From: Camelus ferus
Lineage: Eukaryota
Direction: 5' to 3'
Assembly: GCF_009834535.1 (NCBI RefSeq)
Contig: NC_045697.1
Span: 54,376,001-54,440,000 of the forward strand
Length of the DNA stretch: 64,000 nucleotides
Shown here: positions 38,246 to 51,227 of the stretch, piece by piece
How positions within the stretch are numbered: position 1 is the first letter of the stretch
Layout of the letters: each line of letters starts with the position of its first letter
Translations under genes and position numbers: made by a program
The notes under the pieces: model-generated
What the model was told of the DNA's origin: nothing
The model's database searches: none
Seen by the model: the letters and a program-made list of their open reading frames with translations, nothing else

Positions 38246-41022
38246 TAAAATGATTTTTTAACAAAATATTTTTAAGAAAATTTACATAGAGTCTAATGGC
38301 GTGGAGAGAGACACAAAGAAGCCTTTTCAGATCACCTGGCAATGAGGTGATCAGGCTGGGGGCTAGGATGGTGTCAGAAGAGGTGGATAGTATTTATAAG
38401 GGACATTTCAAACAAAAAACAAAGATTGGCAACAAACTGGATTTAGGGGGTTAATAACAGAACGAAGTAAAATAAAGCTCCAGTATTTTTAACCAAGGAG
38501 TTTTAAAACCTGTCTTGAAATGGACAGGTAGGTTGGGAAGAAAAGCATGTGTTTGTTTGTCTGCCTGCCAAGTTATCTGAAGGGGAGGGAAGGCAGGCTA
38601 TTAATAGAGCTAAAAAAAAATTTGCTTTAGGACATGATCTTGACAACATAAGGTCTTTATATAATACAGCTATTTGGAAAGTAGTTGGTAATTTGGGGTA
38701 CTGATGTAGATGAAAGTCTAAACAAAAGTACAGATAAGTCAATTTGTGATCATAACTGAAATACAAACCAACAATTTCACTTTCTTTTAAAGGACTCTCC
38801 CAGAGACTATAAATAAAATATTGACTAATTTATCTAATTATTTTCACCTGAGTATATCACAGCACTAATAGCAAGAAAACACCAAATACCTATCTTAATG
38901 ATAAAAAGAAAATAAGAAATTAATTTTGAATTGCTTAGGAATTTCCTATAATAGCCTAAACTCAAGCGCATTACTTTACCTGAGAGATTTGTGTGAGTAT
39001 GGGCCACAGCAAACGGTAGTACTGTTTCATTTTATGAAGCAAAGGACTCATCCTTACTTTTAGCAGCACTTTAAATTTATAAAGCACTTCGCTGAAATTT
39101 CCTGACAAACCCCGCATTCATCATCTTACTCACACTGACTCTGTGAGGTCCATAAAAGCTGTGTTACTATCCCCACTTCACATGTAAGAAAACCTACAAA
39201 GGGAACCTTTGAAAACCACGGCACTCAGAACTTTTTGACAGTGACCCAGAGAAAGAACTACATACTACGTAAAGACCTTGTGTCCCTTTTTCTCACACAC
39301 CTGTAACTGAGAAAAGTTTTCATAAAATAAATATTCTACTCTGTTCCATTTCATTTTTTAATGTTGTTGCAACCAACAACTGAAGGGCACAACCTTCAGT
39401 TTGAAAACCACCAATTTAAAGGATTTATTGTTTGTCCAGTGCCACTTGACCTGTTGGACTTATGTCTTTTTATTAAGTCCAGTTTATCTTTTCATTATAG
39501 CTGTCTGCTCTCTCTCTGAATGGAAGAGGTTTCAACCCTGTGACTAATGTTATGTGTATTTGATGGAGAAGACAAGAGGAAGACAGGGCTTTTTACTTCC
39601 AGACGGTGTGACACACAGGGAGTGTACTGCGTACTTCACCCATTCTACTGGAAAGCCCACTGACAAAGGCGCATCCTGCTGTGGCTAATTACATTGAAAG
39701 GATGACGTTAATCCTCATCCTTTGGTGCATATGTTGATAGTTTGTCACTCGAGTAAGTCATGCCTAGGTTGAAAAAAGAAAAAAAAAAAAACTGACAAGC
39801 TAGTTGTCACATTCCTGGGAATCTGGGAATTTCTGACATTTTGCTAGAGGTCAGAATAACCAGATTTCAAATTGCCCACCTTGGTTTTCCACCTTCCTGA
39901 TAATGTCAGAGTTCTGTGATGATTTGGAGATACATTTTCAGAAGTTTCTGTGTAGTATGGCCAAAATGTCCTACTTTTTGCCAGTAATGGAATTTTCTTT
40001 TAAAACAAAAGTCTATGTGGAGCTTCAAAAAATGAAACTGATATAAGAGGAGAAACTGATATAAAAGCTCCAGCTAAAGAGGGAAAAGGGAGCCCCAGTC
40101 CTTTGCTTGGTTTTTCACTCACCCCAGTCAGTCTCTGAAGACCTCAGATCTCCCTGCAAGTCTGAAAGGCAAAGGGATGGTAGAAATGGTGTGGGCATTA
40201 GATTTAAACAAAACTGGCTTCAAATCTCAACCCTGTGTCCTACCAGCTATTCTAAGTAAATTACCTAACTTTAAGTTTAAAAGGTAACTGTTTAAAAATG
40301 TTTAAAGTTTAAAAAGGTAACTGTAAAGAATAAGTTGTAAAGAGTAAGGTATGTGAAATCATCAGTACAAGACTTTATACTTAAACACTCACTGCTATTC
40401 ATTCCTTCCTTCATTATAGAGTTTTTGAAGTCAGGAGAAAAACTAATAGGGAAATATGAGTATGAAAATAAAATGATTCTTTAAGAAACAGCAAAGAAAA
40501 TTTCTTAAATAAAGATTACTTCAAAGTTCTCAAAATTATAACATTCATTCTGACTGGTAAGCAAATTTAGCCAATGTGTTCCCTAGTCACAATACCATCC
40601 ACTCACTCTGAAAGCTATATATGCCAGAGCATAATAATTCAAGTCTTGAAAGTATTGTTTCTAAAAGAAGGATAAAAAAAAGGATGGAAGGGAGATACAG
40701 AGAGGGGGCAAAGAAAAGAAAGAGAAAAGAAAAGAGAAAAGAAAGGCAAGGCAAGGTAACAACCAAGGAAATCTGGTTTAAGACCAGCTATGGTTAGGCT
40801 AGTAAGTGCATGTTAAGGAGAAAACATTTTCTGAATTAAGTGTGTCCATAGCTAATTAAGAAATTACAAGGTTTCTAATGATAGTCATCTAAGACCACAA
40901 GAATTCCAGTGTAGCAGATTATTTGCAGATAGAGTTCATTTCACTAGTTCATCTGTGTTACTATGGAGACTTACAAGTTGACAGCTTTTAAATTCTATAT
41001 GTAACCCAGGCCTGCAGGGAAA

Positions 41023-41408
41023 TAGTTATCTCTCAATATCCTGGGGGATTGGTTCCAGAGCACACCCAACAAGATCCCACCCCCCACCCCTACCCCTGCA
41101 GCACATAACAAAATTCCCAGATGCTCAAGTTCCTTACATAAAATGGTGGTGTATTTGCATATAATCCATGCACATCCTCCTGTATACTTTAAATCATCTC
41201 TAGATTACTTTTAATACCTAATACAATGTAAATGGTATGTAAATAATTGTAAATACAATGTAGATGTTACATAAATAGTTACTGGATCTTGGCAAATTCA
41301 TGTTTTGCTTTTTGGAACTTCCAAAAATTTTTTGTCTGAGTATTTTCCCATCCGCAGTTGATTGAATCTGCAGGTGTGGAACCTGCCAATATGGAGGGCT
41401 TGTTGTAT
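41023..41408. mobile_element. MER2-type Tigger DNA transposon
   Basis: gggggattggttccag...gatgctcaagttccttacataaaatgg...tactttaaatcatctctagattactt...atatggagggc. Confidence 0.8.
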
Positions 41409-43283
41409 CTGAGCAAATCCGTTAGTCTTTGATGTAAAGACGTGTGGTTTGAAGAAATGAGGAGGCTTGCCTGTTACAGAACTTACAGAGCTAGAATGTA
41501 CTTCTGAACTTGATAAGTAGCCTAAATTCAGTAAAATCACAAGTGTACAATATGCCAAGAATGGGACTGGAACATAATAATGGCATACCAGTAGCAGATA
41601 CAGCAATAATAATGATGATGATGATAAATAATAGTCATTGAGGATGTAAATATGTGCCAGGAACTGTGCTAAATGCTTTTGTGTTCATTATTTCATGCAA
41701 GGCTCCCAACAATAATTTAGATACAATTATTGTCTTTATTTTATTCATGAAGAAACTAAGGTTAAGAATACTATATAACGCTCAAGATTACCATCTGGTA
41801 AGTGAAGGTGTCAGTACATCCAGTTACCCAAAAGCTTGTAACCACTATACTGCATCCCACTATGCAAGAGTGCCTATTTCCTTTTTTCCTGTAGGAAGCT
41901 GGAGAAGGAAGAGGCAAGAAAATCTTAAGGTGAAAATAGGTAGTTAAGGGATATCAGGAAAAATATATGGTATACATGTATGAATATAGAAATAAGTATA
42001 TATGATACATATTTATAAGTTATGTGCCTCAAAATTTTTATTATAATAATGGTTATGATTTATATAGTGCTAACTGTGTGCCAGGTACCACTCTAAGTGC
42101 TTTGCAAGTATTTACTTGTGTTTAATTGTCATGACAGCCCCTAGAGGGAGATACTATTAATATCTCCATTTCACAGATGAGAGAAACCTGAAGCACACCA
42201 TCTAAAGATAATCACCCTTGGAAAATATTAGGTCATGGTGTCATTACTGTGGGGGAAAGTGGGGGTTAAAAATAATATGCAAAGAAGGAATAGCATTTGC
42301 AATTGACTGTAAAGATAGAAAATGAATTGCTATTGTTTATGGCAAAATAAAGCAAATGGTGATGAGAACTGGGGTCAGGCATGAGAGAAGAGAAACATAA
42401 AGAAATTAAAGAAATATAATCCAAGGACAAAAAAGCCACTGGAAGTAAAGTGGATCCCTGTAGTAATCATTGAGACAAACATGGCCTTGGAGGTGAAAAA
42501 TAAACTGAATTAAGGCTAAAATAAATTAGTTTATGGGCAAGTAAGATTCTGAATTTCCATAACACTATTCTATACCTCTCTTTTTGAAGTTACCAATCTA
42601 TTATAGGTGTTACATATATTCTACATCTCCCCTACCAAATATTTAATTCCCTGATAGAAGGTATATCTGCTCATCTTTTATAACAAAAAGCACCTAGTAT
42701 ATTTTTTAACCAAGTAGTTGCTTTAAAAATAAGCATTTGTTAAATAAAGATGATAACCAAAATCGAATCATAGTACTATATTTCAGTCACTTTTATTAAA
42801 AGTTTCATCATTTATAACTTAAAAACATGAAATATTGAAGTGAAAATGTGACCCAGTGCAAAGCATAAAGTCAAACTCAGGTCATCTGGTTCCAAGCCTG
42901 TGTCAGGTGGTGGGGAGAAAAGGAAAGATATTTAGAAATGTAAGATTCTCAGGTTCTATGTGAAGGAACCCTTCCAGAGACTTCAAGTCACATCATCTGT
43001 TGGGTAAAATTCAAAACTGAACTTTAAATAAATTCAGGTTTCAGAGAAGGATGGAAAACTGAAAAGGTCACTTTGTAATGTGAAAAAAGTTAGTCTGGAT
43101 CATAAAATAGAATTTGCTGAACGCATGTCTGAGTTTCTTGACTTTAAGATTGATAATATGATCATTTGGCACCCTCTAGTGGAATGATTTACAAATTCTT
43201 TTTTTTTTTTTTTTTTTGCCCTTGAAGCTGAAAAAAGATCTGAAACTGAAAATCAACATTTTAATTACAAATAAAAGAAATAA

Positions 43284-43431
43284 GGGGGAGGGTATAGCTC
43301 AATGGTAGAGTGCATGCTTAGTATGCACAAGGTCCTGGGTTCAATCCCCAGTACCTCCACTAAAAATAAATAAATAAATTTTAAAAATAAATAAATCTAC
43401 CTCCCTCCCTCCCCAAACACCCCCCAAAAAG
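43284..43431 (+). mobile_element. tRNA-derived SINE (camelid vic-1-like) with tail and target-site duplication
   Basis: A and B boxes, (TAAA)n tail; AAAAGAAATA repeated at 43273-43282 and 43432-43441. Confidence 0.9.
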
Positions 43432-43949
43432 AAAAGAAATATAATTACACTTTATACTATATTTACTTATATTCTATTACATTTGTGTTTATTTTATTAT
43501 ATTTATATATTATACTTCATTAATTTTTTTCTACTCTACAAGCAAAGAAAGGAAAAACAGTACTTTTTTAAAGGCACGCTCTACTCTTACTCCATCACCC
43601 CAAAAAGGAAAGAAATTCTGGGCTTATTAAATTAATTAAATGCCATTTAAATTTACTAATACAATCAAAAACTTAAAAAACTAACTATTTCCTGCATTTG
43701 CTTAAAAATTTTAAAATCCTGTAACACTTGTCTTTGAATTAACTTGCTACGGGTTAATTGGTGCTTGGGCACTCTTACCTTTTCATTTTAATAATATTTC
43801 ATGGTAAATGAGGTTTTTCAGTAGAAAACCTTGGAAAGGACAAGGAAAGAAGAATGCTTGACCAATGGGGAAGGAATAAATAAATGTCCACTAGACCTTG
43901 TTTTTGAAAACTACTTGCAATGTTTCCGTAGCAGTTGACCCAATTTGTT

Positions 43950-45780
43950 CTTTTTTTTTTAACATGATTTCACCCTTAGAGAAAGGCTGCAAGAATCTTA
44001 CAAAGATTTCTAGGATATCTTTCTCTCAGTTTCCCTGAATATTAACATTTTATCACATTTGCTTATTCACTTTATTATGTTTTATGTGTATTTTTTCTGG
44101 ATTGTTGAAAAATAAGTTCAGACATGATTCCCCTTTCAATACCTCAGTGTGTTCTTTCTAGCACATAACCACAGTTAAGTACCAAAATCAGGAAATTAGC
44201 ACTAATACAGTACTATTATTTAATCTACATACCTTATTCATATCTCACCAGTCATATCAATAATGTCCCTTTTAACAAAAGAAAATCCAGCATTATGCTG
44301 TCGATTCAGTCTGCTTTAAACTGCAATTGTTCCTTGGTCCATCTTTGTGTTTCATGACATTGACATTTTTGAAGAGTTCAGGTCAGTTATTCTGTAGAAT
44401 GCCCCTAAATTTGAGTTTGTCTGATGTTTTTTCATGGCTAGTTTCGGCAGAAACACTAAAGAGGTGATGCTGAGTTCTCAATGCATTATATAAAGAAGCA
44501 AAAACTGCCGATTGGTTCCGTTACTGGCAATGTTAATTTAATTATTAGGTTATTTCTCTACTGTAAAGTTATTATTTTATTCTTTAGAGTCATAAATATC
44601 CTGCAGGTAGATACTTTGAGGTGATGTAAATAAACTATTCTCCTCAAATTTATACCCATATTTTTACCATCTATTGATGACTCTTGCCTGAATCAATTAT
44701 TGTTATCGTGATTAAGAAATGGTAATCACTACTTCCATTATATCTTTTAGATTGGTTAGTTGACTTTCAATAGCAACAAAGAGCTTTTTCCTCTCCCCAT
44801 TTATTGATGTTTTGTAATTTGTATCAGCATGGAGTCACGGATTCTTTCTTTATTCAGTAGCTTATCACTCTCTTCTATCAGAGTTTGGTTTTGTTTTTCA
44901 TGCTTAAACTGTCCCAGATTTGGCCAATGGGAGCTCTTTCAAACTGGCTCCTGAACTCTTTTCACATGCTCCATTACTCTTTGGGCATTTCCTGACTTTT
45001 TGGCATAACAAACTGTTCCAGGCACGTGTTGTACTTTGCTTGCCCTTGCTGTAGGACCACCTACTATTCCAATGAGTTCCTTTTGGTAGAGAAGGATGTT
45101 TGGAAAACAAAACCTGGGTACTAGAGTGCTGGGTGTGCTCATTGCTACTGGGTTGTCATTGTTCCTAGGCTCTCTCTGCAGACAGAGCTGGAAAATAAAT
45201 ATATGTACATGTATACACACACACACACACACTCTCACACACAGAGATTTTCCTTACTCTTTTTACAGCTGTATAGCAGTATATGGTGTGGTCTACCACA
45301 GTTTATTCTGCTACTGTCTCATTAATTTATATGTAGATTATTTTCAATGTTTTTCAATTACAAATAATGCATCAATGAATAATCCTGTGCATACCTGTTT
45401 TCATATAATAGAGGCAGGGGTGTATCTTCAGGGTAAATCCTTGAATGTCAGATTGCTAGGTCAAAGATAAATGCATTCGTTAGTTTGTTATTGTCAATTT
45501 ATTGCTAAATTACCCCTCTTAATGGTTTACCAATTTGCATTCCCATTAGCAATGAATGAGAGTCCATGTTTCCCCACAACCTTGCCATGAGAGTGTGCTG
45601 TTTTGTTTTTTAATTTGCTAATTTTGATAGTAAAAAATAGCATATCAGTGTAGCCTTAATTGGTTGGCATCACTCTTATAATGAGTGAGGTTGAACATCT
45701 TTTCATATGCTTAAGGGCCACTGTTATATCTTTTCTTTGTGAACTGTCTGTTCATGTCTTTTGACCTTTTTAATGGGGTT
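43950..45780 (-). mobile_element. Old L1M 3' region, antisense
   Basis: L1M 3' UTR motifs plus the ORF2 C-terminus in antisense (caatttgcattcccattagcaatgaatgagag; ttgaacatcttttcatatgctt). Confidence 0.7.
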
Positions 45781-46228
45781 TTATGTCTCAAAAATAAAGT
45801 TTAAAAAAATATGTACTTTGAGGGCACATCCTAAATGTCAGACACAGTTTTATGTGCCATAGATAAAACAATGAAATCGCAAAATCATTTGTGAAAATTT
45901 TCCTCAGCATAATTGCATCTGATATGGAAATACAAACAAGGTTTAAATCTTTGTTTGATGCCTGTTCTGCAAGGTTGAAATAATTTCCAAAGAAATTCAA
46001 AATCCTACAGATCCATTCACATTACCCAAACACATTTTAAGTAAAGATCCACTTAAAACTTTTTGCAGAGATGCCAAAAGGTTATTTTCAAGAAGTTTAG
46101 AAGTTGCTTTGGGTAATGTTAGAAGGCTAGCAGAACACAGAGGAGAAAACTTTCAAGAAAACTTTCAAATGCTGTTTGAAAATAAGCAATCTCCCTTTTT
46201 AAATTTTTTTTAAAATTTTCTCATACAG

Positions 46229-46448
46229 TTATATATCTTCAGGATGATCCATTTAGCAGACAGCTCTGGACAGACAGACGGTTTCTCTCAATGTGTAACA
46301 CACTGCAGTTTTCCACAATGGTGGCATGAAGCCTTTTATAACTTTTTCACCTTCAGCTGCCTCTTCATCATCCCTCTTCTCATCATGTTGGTCTGCAATG
46401 CAAAAATCATCTTCACCCTGACAAGCGTCCTTCATCAGGATCCCCACA
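46229..46448 (+). CDS. GNRHR: GnRH receptor exon 2 (aa 175-247, ECL2-TM5-ICL3)
   Basis: ttttctcatacag|TTA ... CACA|gtatgt; 220 nt; LYIFRMIHLADSSGQTDGFSQCVTHCSFPQWWHEAFYNFF. Confidence 0.98.
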
Positions 46449-47772
46449 GTATGTATTCCTTAGACTAGCTGTTAACTGTGGGTAAACAGCTTTCTAAAGC
46501 AACTCAAAGCAGAGTAGTACTTACTATGTGCCAGACATTGTTCTAAGCAGTTTACCTATATTAACCCATTTAATATTCACAATCACCCCCATAAGGCAAT
46601 ACTTTTATTATCCCCAATTTACAGAGGAGAAAATTTAGTATCTTCTAATATTCTAAAATTTATACCATGGAATTAAAGATGAAAGGACATTTATTCCATT
46701 TAGGCAGTGTAAGCATTGGCAAATTGTTCCCACTGGGCCATCGCAACACTACAGCAAACACCTGATATCTAGAATATAGCAAAGTACAACTCGTTAAATG
46801 GTAGTCAACAGACTTGTTAAAGTTAAGCTGTTCTGTTTCACATTCAAATCCCCTGTATCCACACAATGTGGATTTTTTTTAATTCTTTTTTTTTCCTTTT
46901 TAAAAAAATTCTTGAGAACATTGAGTCCTCACAAGCACAGCTTGTTTTTGCAGATTATTTTCCAAACATGTACAAAAGGGAACCAAAACTGAGAATCCCT
47001 TAAGAACCTGAAGGGGTGCAACATTAGAAGCTACGATTATCCAGTAGCAAGTGTTCCAGCCTTCAGCTGCCAGCTGCTGCTTCTTCCTGTTCCCAAGAGT
47101 TAGCAGGATGAAAATGTCTTCCCCGTGATTGTTTTTTTTTTTTTTCTTGGCATCTGGGCATGCACAGTTCAGCACCTTGAAGAAGTCAATTTTTGCCCAC
47201 GTACATTTGTGAATACAGGCCTTAGAGCACTTGATGCACATAGTATCCACACACTGCACACTTGTGTGTGTGTGTGTATGTGTGTTGGGTGTGGGAAATA
47301 TTATTGAATGTCATTGACTATTTCATTTTTAACTTCACAGACGTGATTGTGCCTTCTTTTTTTCAAGAATCTGGTACATTCTCAAAAAGGAAAATTTATA
47401 AAGCATACGTGGTTCTGTTGGCTTGACAACCAAAAGATAGGGAATTCAACCCAGCTCAACCTCAGTCTGCTCTCTCAAATTTATATAATTTATTTAAGAA
47501 TTTGAGTAACCTCATATTTCAAATCTGTATTAGTTTAGTGGAAATTTAATTTTAAGAGCATTACTACCTTTAGTAGTTTCCACTTATTATGTAACATAGT
47601 AGAAATCTTGAAATATAAACATGCTTTTCAAATTATCATTATTAAAAATACTAGAAATTTGCTTCCATTGTATTCATTAGGTTGAATTAGTGATTTTGTC
47701 TTCCTATTTTGTCTATTTTGGCTTTGTAATAAAACCAGTCACTTAACACCTCCTCTTTTCTCCATCTAAAAG

Positions 47773-48017
47773 GACTACAACTGAATCAATCCAAGAACAA
47801 TGTACCACGAGCTCGGCTGAAGACCCTAAAGATGACGGTTGCATTTGCCACTTCATTTACCGTTTGCTGGACTCCCTACTACGTCCTAGGAATTTGGTAT
47901 TGGTTTGATCCTGAAATGGTAAACAGGGTGTCAGACCCAGTAAATCACTTCTTCTTTCTCCTGGCTTTTTTAAATCCGTGCTTTGACCCACTTATATATG
48001 GCTATTTCTCTCTGTAA
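47773..48017 (+). CDS. GNRHR: GnRH receptor exon 3 (aa 248-328, TM6-TM7, no C-terminal tail)
   Basis: ccatctaaaag|GA; 245 nt to TAA; CWTPYY and DPLIY motifs. 522+220+245 = 987 nt = 328 aa + stop. Confidence 0.98.
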
Positions 48018-48797
48018 CTGTCAGACTACATAGGAAATCATGTAAAGAGAGCAAGATAATGAATTTCACCTTTGGGGAATGATCAACACAAAGCATATTG
48101 CAGTACATTTACATATAAAAGAAGCAGAGTTTCAGGTTATATTACTATCCACATTCTTTTAGAAATCACATTGTTAGAGATTTAACAAGGGAAAAAATTT
48201 TCAGGAAAAATAATGAAATATTTCCCCTTAATCATAAGATTCTGAATTAACCTCTGCTTTCTGAGCTCCCATAACCCATTATGTGGGTTTTTTTTTTTAA
48301 TCACTTTCTTCTTTTATAATAATATATCAGTGTTTAAAACTGCCATGGCTGTTTTCAAAGAGAGGCCAAAAAGTAAGGCTGAGAAAACACAACACAGTCC
48401 TAACCTCAGCACTACAGGGGAGTTTTTCTCCAAGGGGGTTTAGCAGCAATTACAATCTTACGCTAAGATAATATGTAGACCACAGGAATAGTATTTCCCC
48501 TGCCCATATGATCAGTTTTCCCTCCTGTGATTAAAAAAAAAAATGCAATGAATCTAATTTTCCCTTTGGCTTCAAAAGCATTCTGATGTTTGGAGTATTC
48601 AGCAACCAACCTGCCATCCACTCCTCCAACCTGGCAAGACTCACAAATAGTTCTCCTTCATCCCCTTGTTTACATGGTACAGGCTGTGAAGGGCTGCCAT
48701 GTAAAAGGAAGCCTTAGAGGGGTCTGCATTTGGACAGGGGGTCAGAACACACCTCTTGGCTGTGGAGTCTATGGAATCTGTGGTAATTAAGTGTAGT

Positions 48798-48803
48798 AAT
48801 AAA
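48798..48803 (+). terminator. Candidate proximal GNRHR polyadenylation signal
   Basis: AATAAA ~780 nt after the stop codon, with T-rich sequence downstream. Confidence 0.35.
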
Positions 48804-50471
48804 GACATTGTTTTAAAATACAATCAAGAAAAGACCTATACTGATTATGTTTTATACATAATATACTCTTTTTTTTAATATGAGGGATTTTTCTTCTATC
48901 TTCTGATCTTCCTAAATCCATAATCTATGAATCTCTAAAAAGGTAAATAAGAAATCAAGCAAATGCACAAGCAAAAATTTATTTGATATGTAAAATGAAC
49001 TCTGAAAACCACACTTTTAATATATAGGAGTCAAAAGAAACAGAAGAATATTAGAAAGAGGAAAAGACAAGTTCTCTATAAGTGTGTAACTAACACCTGT
49101 TGATATTTACATTTAGTGACATGGTTTCCACAAAACATCGACACAGTATCTCTTTTAATTCAGGCCTCTGTTTCAAGCCATCACATGGAAAGGGGGTTAG
49201 GGTGAAAGGGTTCTAAAATATCCATTAAATGAGAAAGTCTCATAAGGGACTTACAAGAAATTCAACCACTGTTTATAACTTTTTTTAAAAAATAGGTAAA
49301 ATACTATTATATTCACATGAGATATGAAGTACCACACAAAAGATGAAATGTAATTTCCACATATTCCAGGCCATGTGGAACTGTGGAAAGTAAGTTACTA
49401 ATTAGACTAATAGTAGGTCTTTCCTTTCTTTACTTTTCTTTTCTCATACTTCCAGTTTTCTAGTGTTGTGTTTTGTTTTTTTTTCCACATCCTAGATTAG
49501 TTTCCAATTCTGTCTCCATTGGTTCTATTTCTATCACCGTTGAACTCCTTCCTTCTATTCTTTCATTCATATCGTCTTTTTCACTAAACTCATACATTTA
49601 ATTAACCAATCTATGCCCCAATCTACAGTTAAGTTGAGCAAGACTCAAAATCTGTAATATGCTAAAATGCTTAAAGTTAAATTTAAAGGTGTGTATGCTA
49701 GTTCTGCTAGATGACACAGGAATATAAATAAGAAAACCAATCTTCTCCACATATCTTTATCATACATATACTTACTCCTAACTAGTAACAATTCTTATAT
49801 ATGGATTTAAAGGCAAAAATATACAAGATACAATCCAAGGGCTTTAGTAAATATACGTTTAATGAATACATGTCAGCTTGGATTTTATATGTTCAAGATA
49901 CGTTTTACTTAGACATGTTCTCAGGCATTTTTAATACATTAACTAAAGGGCTATTCAAAATCTTGATGCAGGGGATTTTCACCCGTGATCCATATAGAAA
50001 ACAGTATTTCAATGCAAGTGCTTTTCTTTTATTCCTATTTATATTATTTATATGCTTAAAAACATTAACCTGAGAGAGGTTTTTAGGCCAAAACAGACTG
50101 CCAAAGGAGCTCATGTCACAAAACAGGTTAAGAATTCCCAATTGATTTTTATATTTACAAAGAAGTTTATGAGAATTAAAAAGTATCAGTGTATTCATTT
50201 ATTTATATATACATTAAAATATTAATATTGAAACTGGATTACTCACCATTTTCAAACTTAGAAACTCTCTCAAGGCTCAATATGTAATGAAAATCTTTGC
50301 AGTAATAGGTATATTATACAAATATTGTGACCCATAAATTATAACATGGAAATGAATTTAAACCAAAATTCATAATCCAAAACATATGTGTGAATTTTAA
50401 GTTAAAAATATGCAACTCAAAAGAGGGCACTTAATATTTGATATTATAGTCATTTGCTCTTTTCCCATCAT

Positions 50472-51227
50472 AATAAAAGATGAGGATTCCTTGTAAAAAA
50501 GGATATATCAGATAATTAATATTCTATTGTGGCTGCCTCCTCTATTTAGCATATAAAAGTGGTCAAAAAATGGATTTCCTCTTACAATTCAACTTAGTAA
50601 TAAATGACATAGACAAGCAACAATGAATTAAACAAAGATTGCACAAATTCAACTTCAGCCTACAAAAGACAGATATCATAGCTTAAAACAAATAAACAAA
50701 CAAACAAAACTACTGGGGTACCACAAACATTATTTTCCAAGAAGCTTAAATCAGTGTAAATATATTAGGAATTTTTTTAACTGTCCTGGTCTCAGAACTT
50801 ACTTGGTAGTCATAAAATGATATTTGTGAGCATTTAAAATATATTTAGAATTTTATCTATTTTACTTTTAGCCTAGTTTCAAATGTTTAACCAATTCCTT
50901 AAACTTGTCTAATTACTATATTTGTGTCCATAAGATGCTAAATAAAATAAGGTTCAATTTAATCTTTAATTAAGATTAATTGAGTTAAATCTTCAATTTA
51001 ATTCTTATGGTTATTAAGTTTAAAAATTAGGTTTAAAACAATTAGTCTAATTTTTAAAATTACATAATATATAAAGTGCATGCATAGGAACAGTAGAATA
51101 TATGCAAAAAGTGTTGATATAGTTATCTGAGTGTTTTTTTTTTCATTTTCTTTTTTGTGAATACCTGTATTCCAAATTTCCAAAATGAACATATATTACT
51201 TTCATAATGAGAGAAAAGTACAATAAA
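50472..51227 (+). terminator. Cluster of candidate distal GNRHR polyadenylation signals
   Basis: AATAAA at 50472, 50599, 50691, 50941 and 51222; the region is very AT-rich, so some may be chance. Confidence 0.4.
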
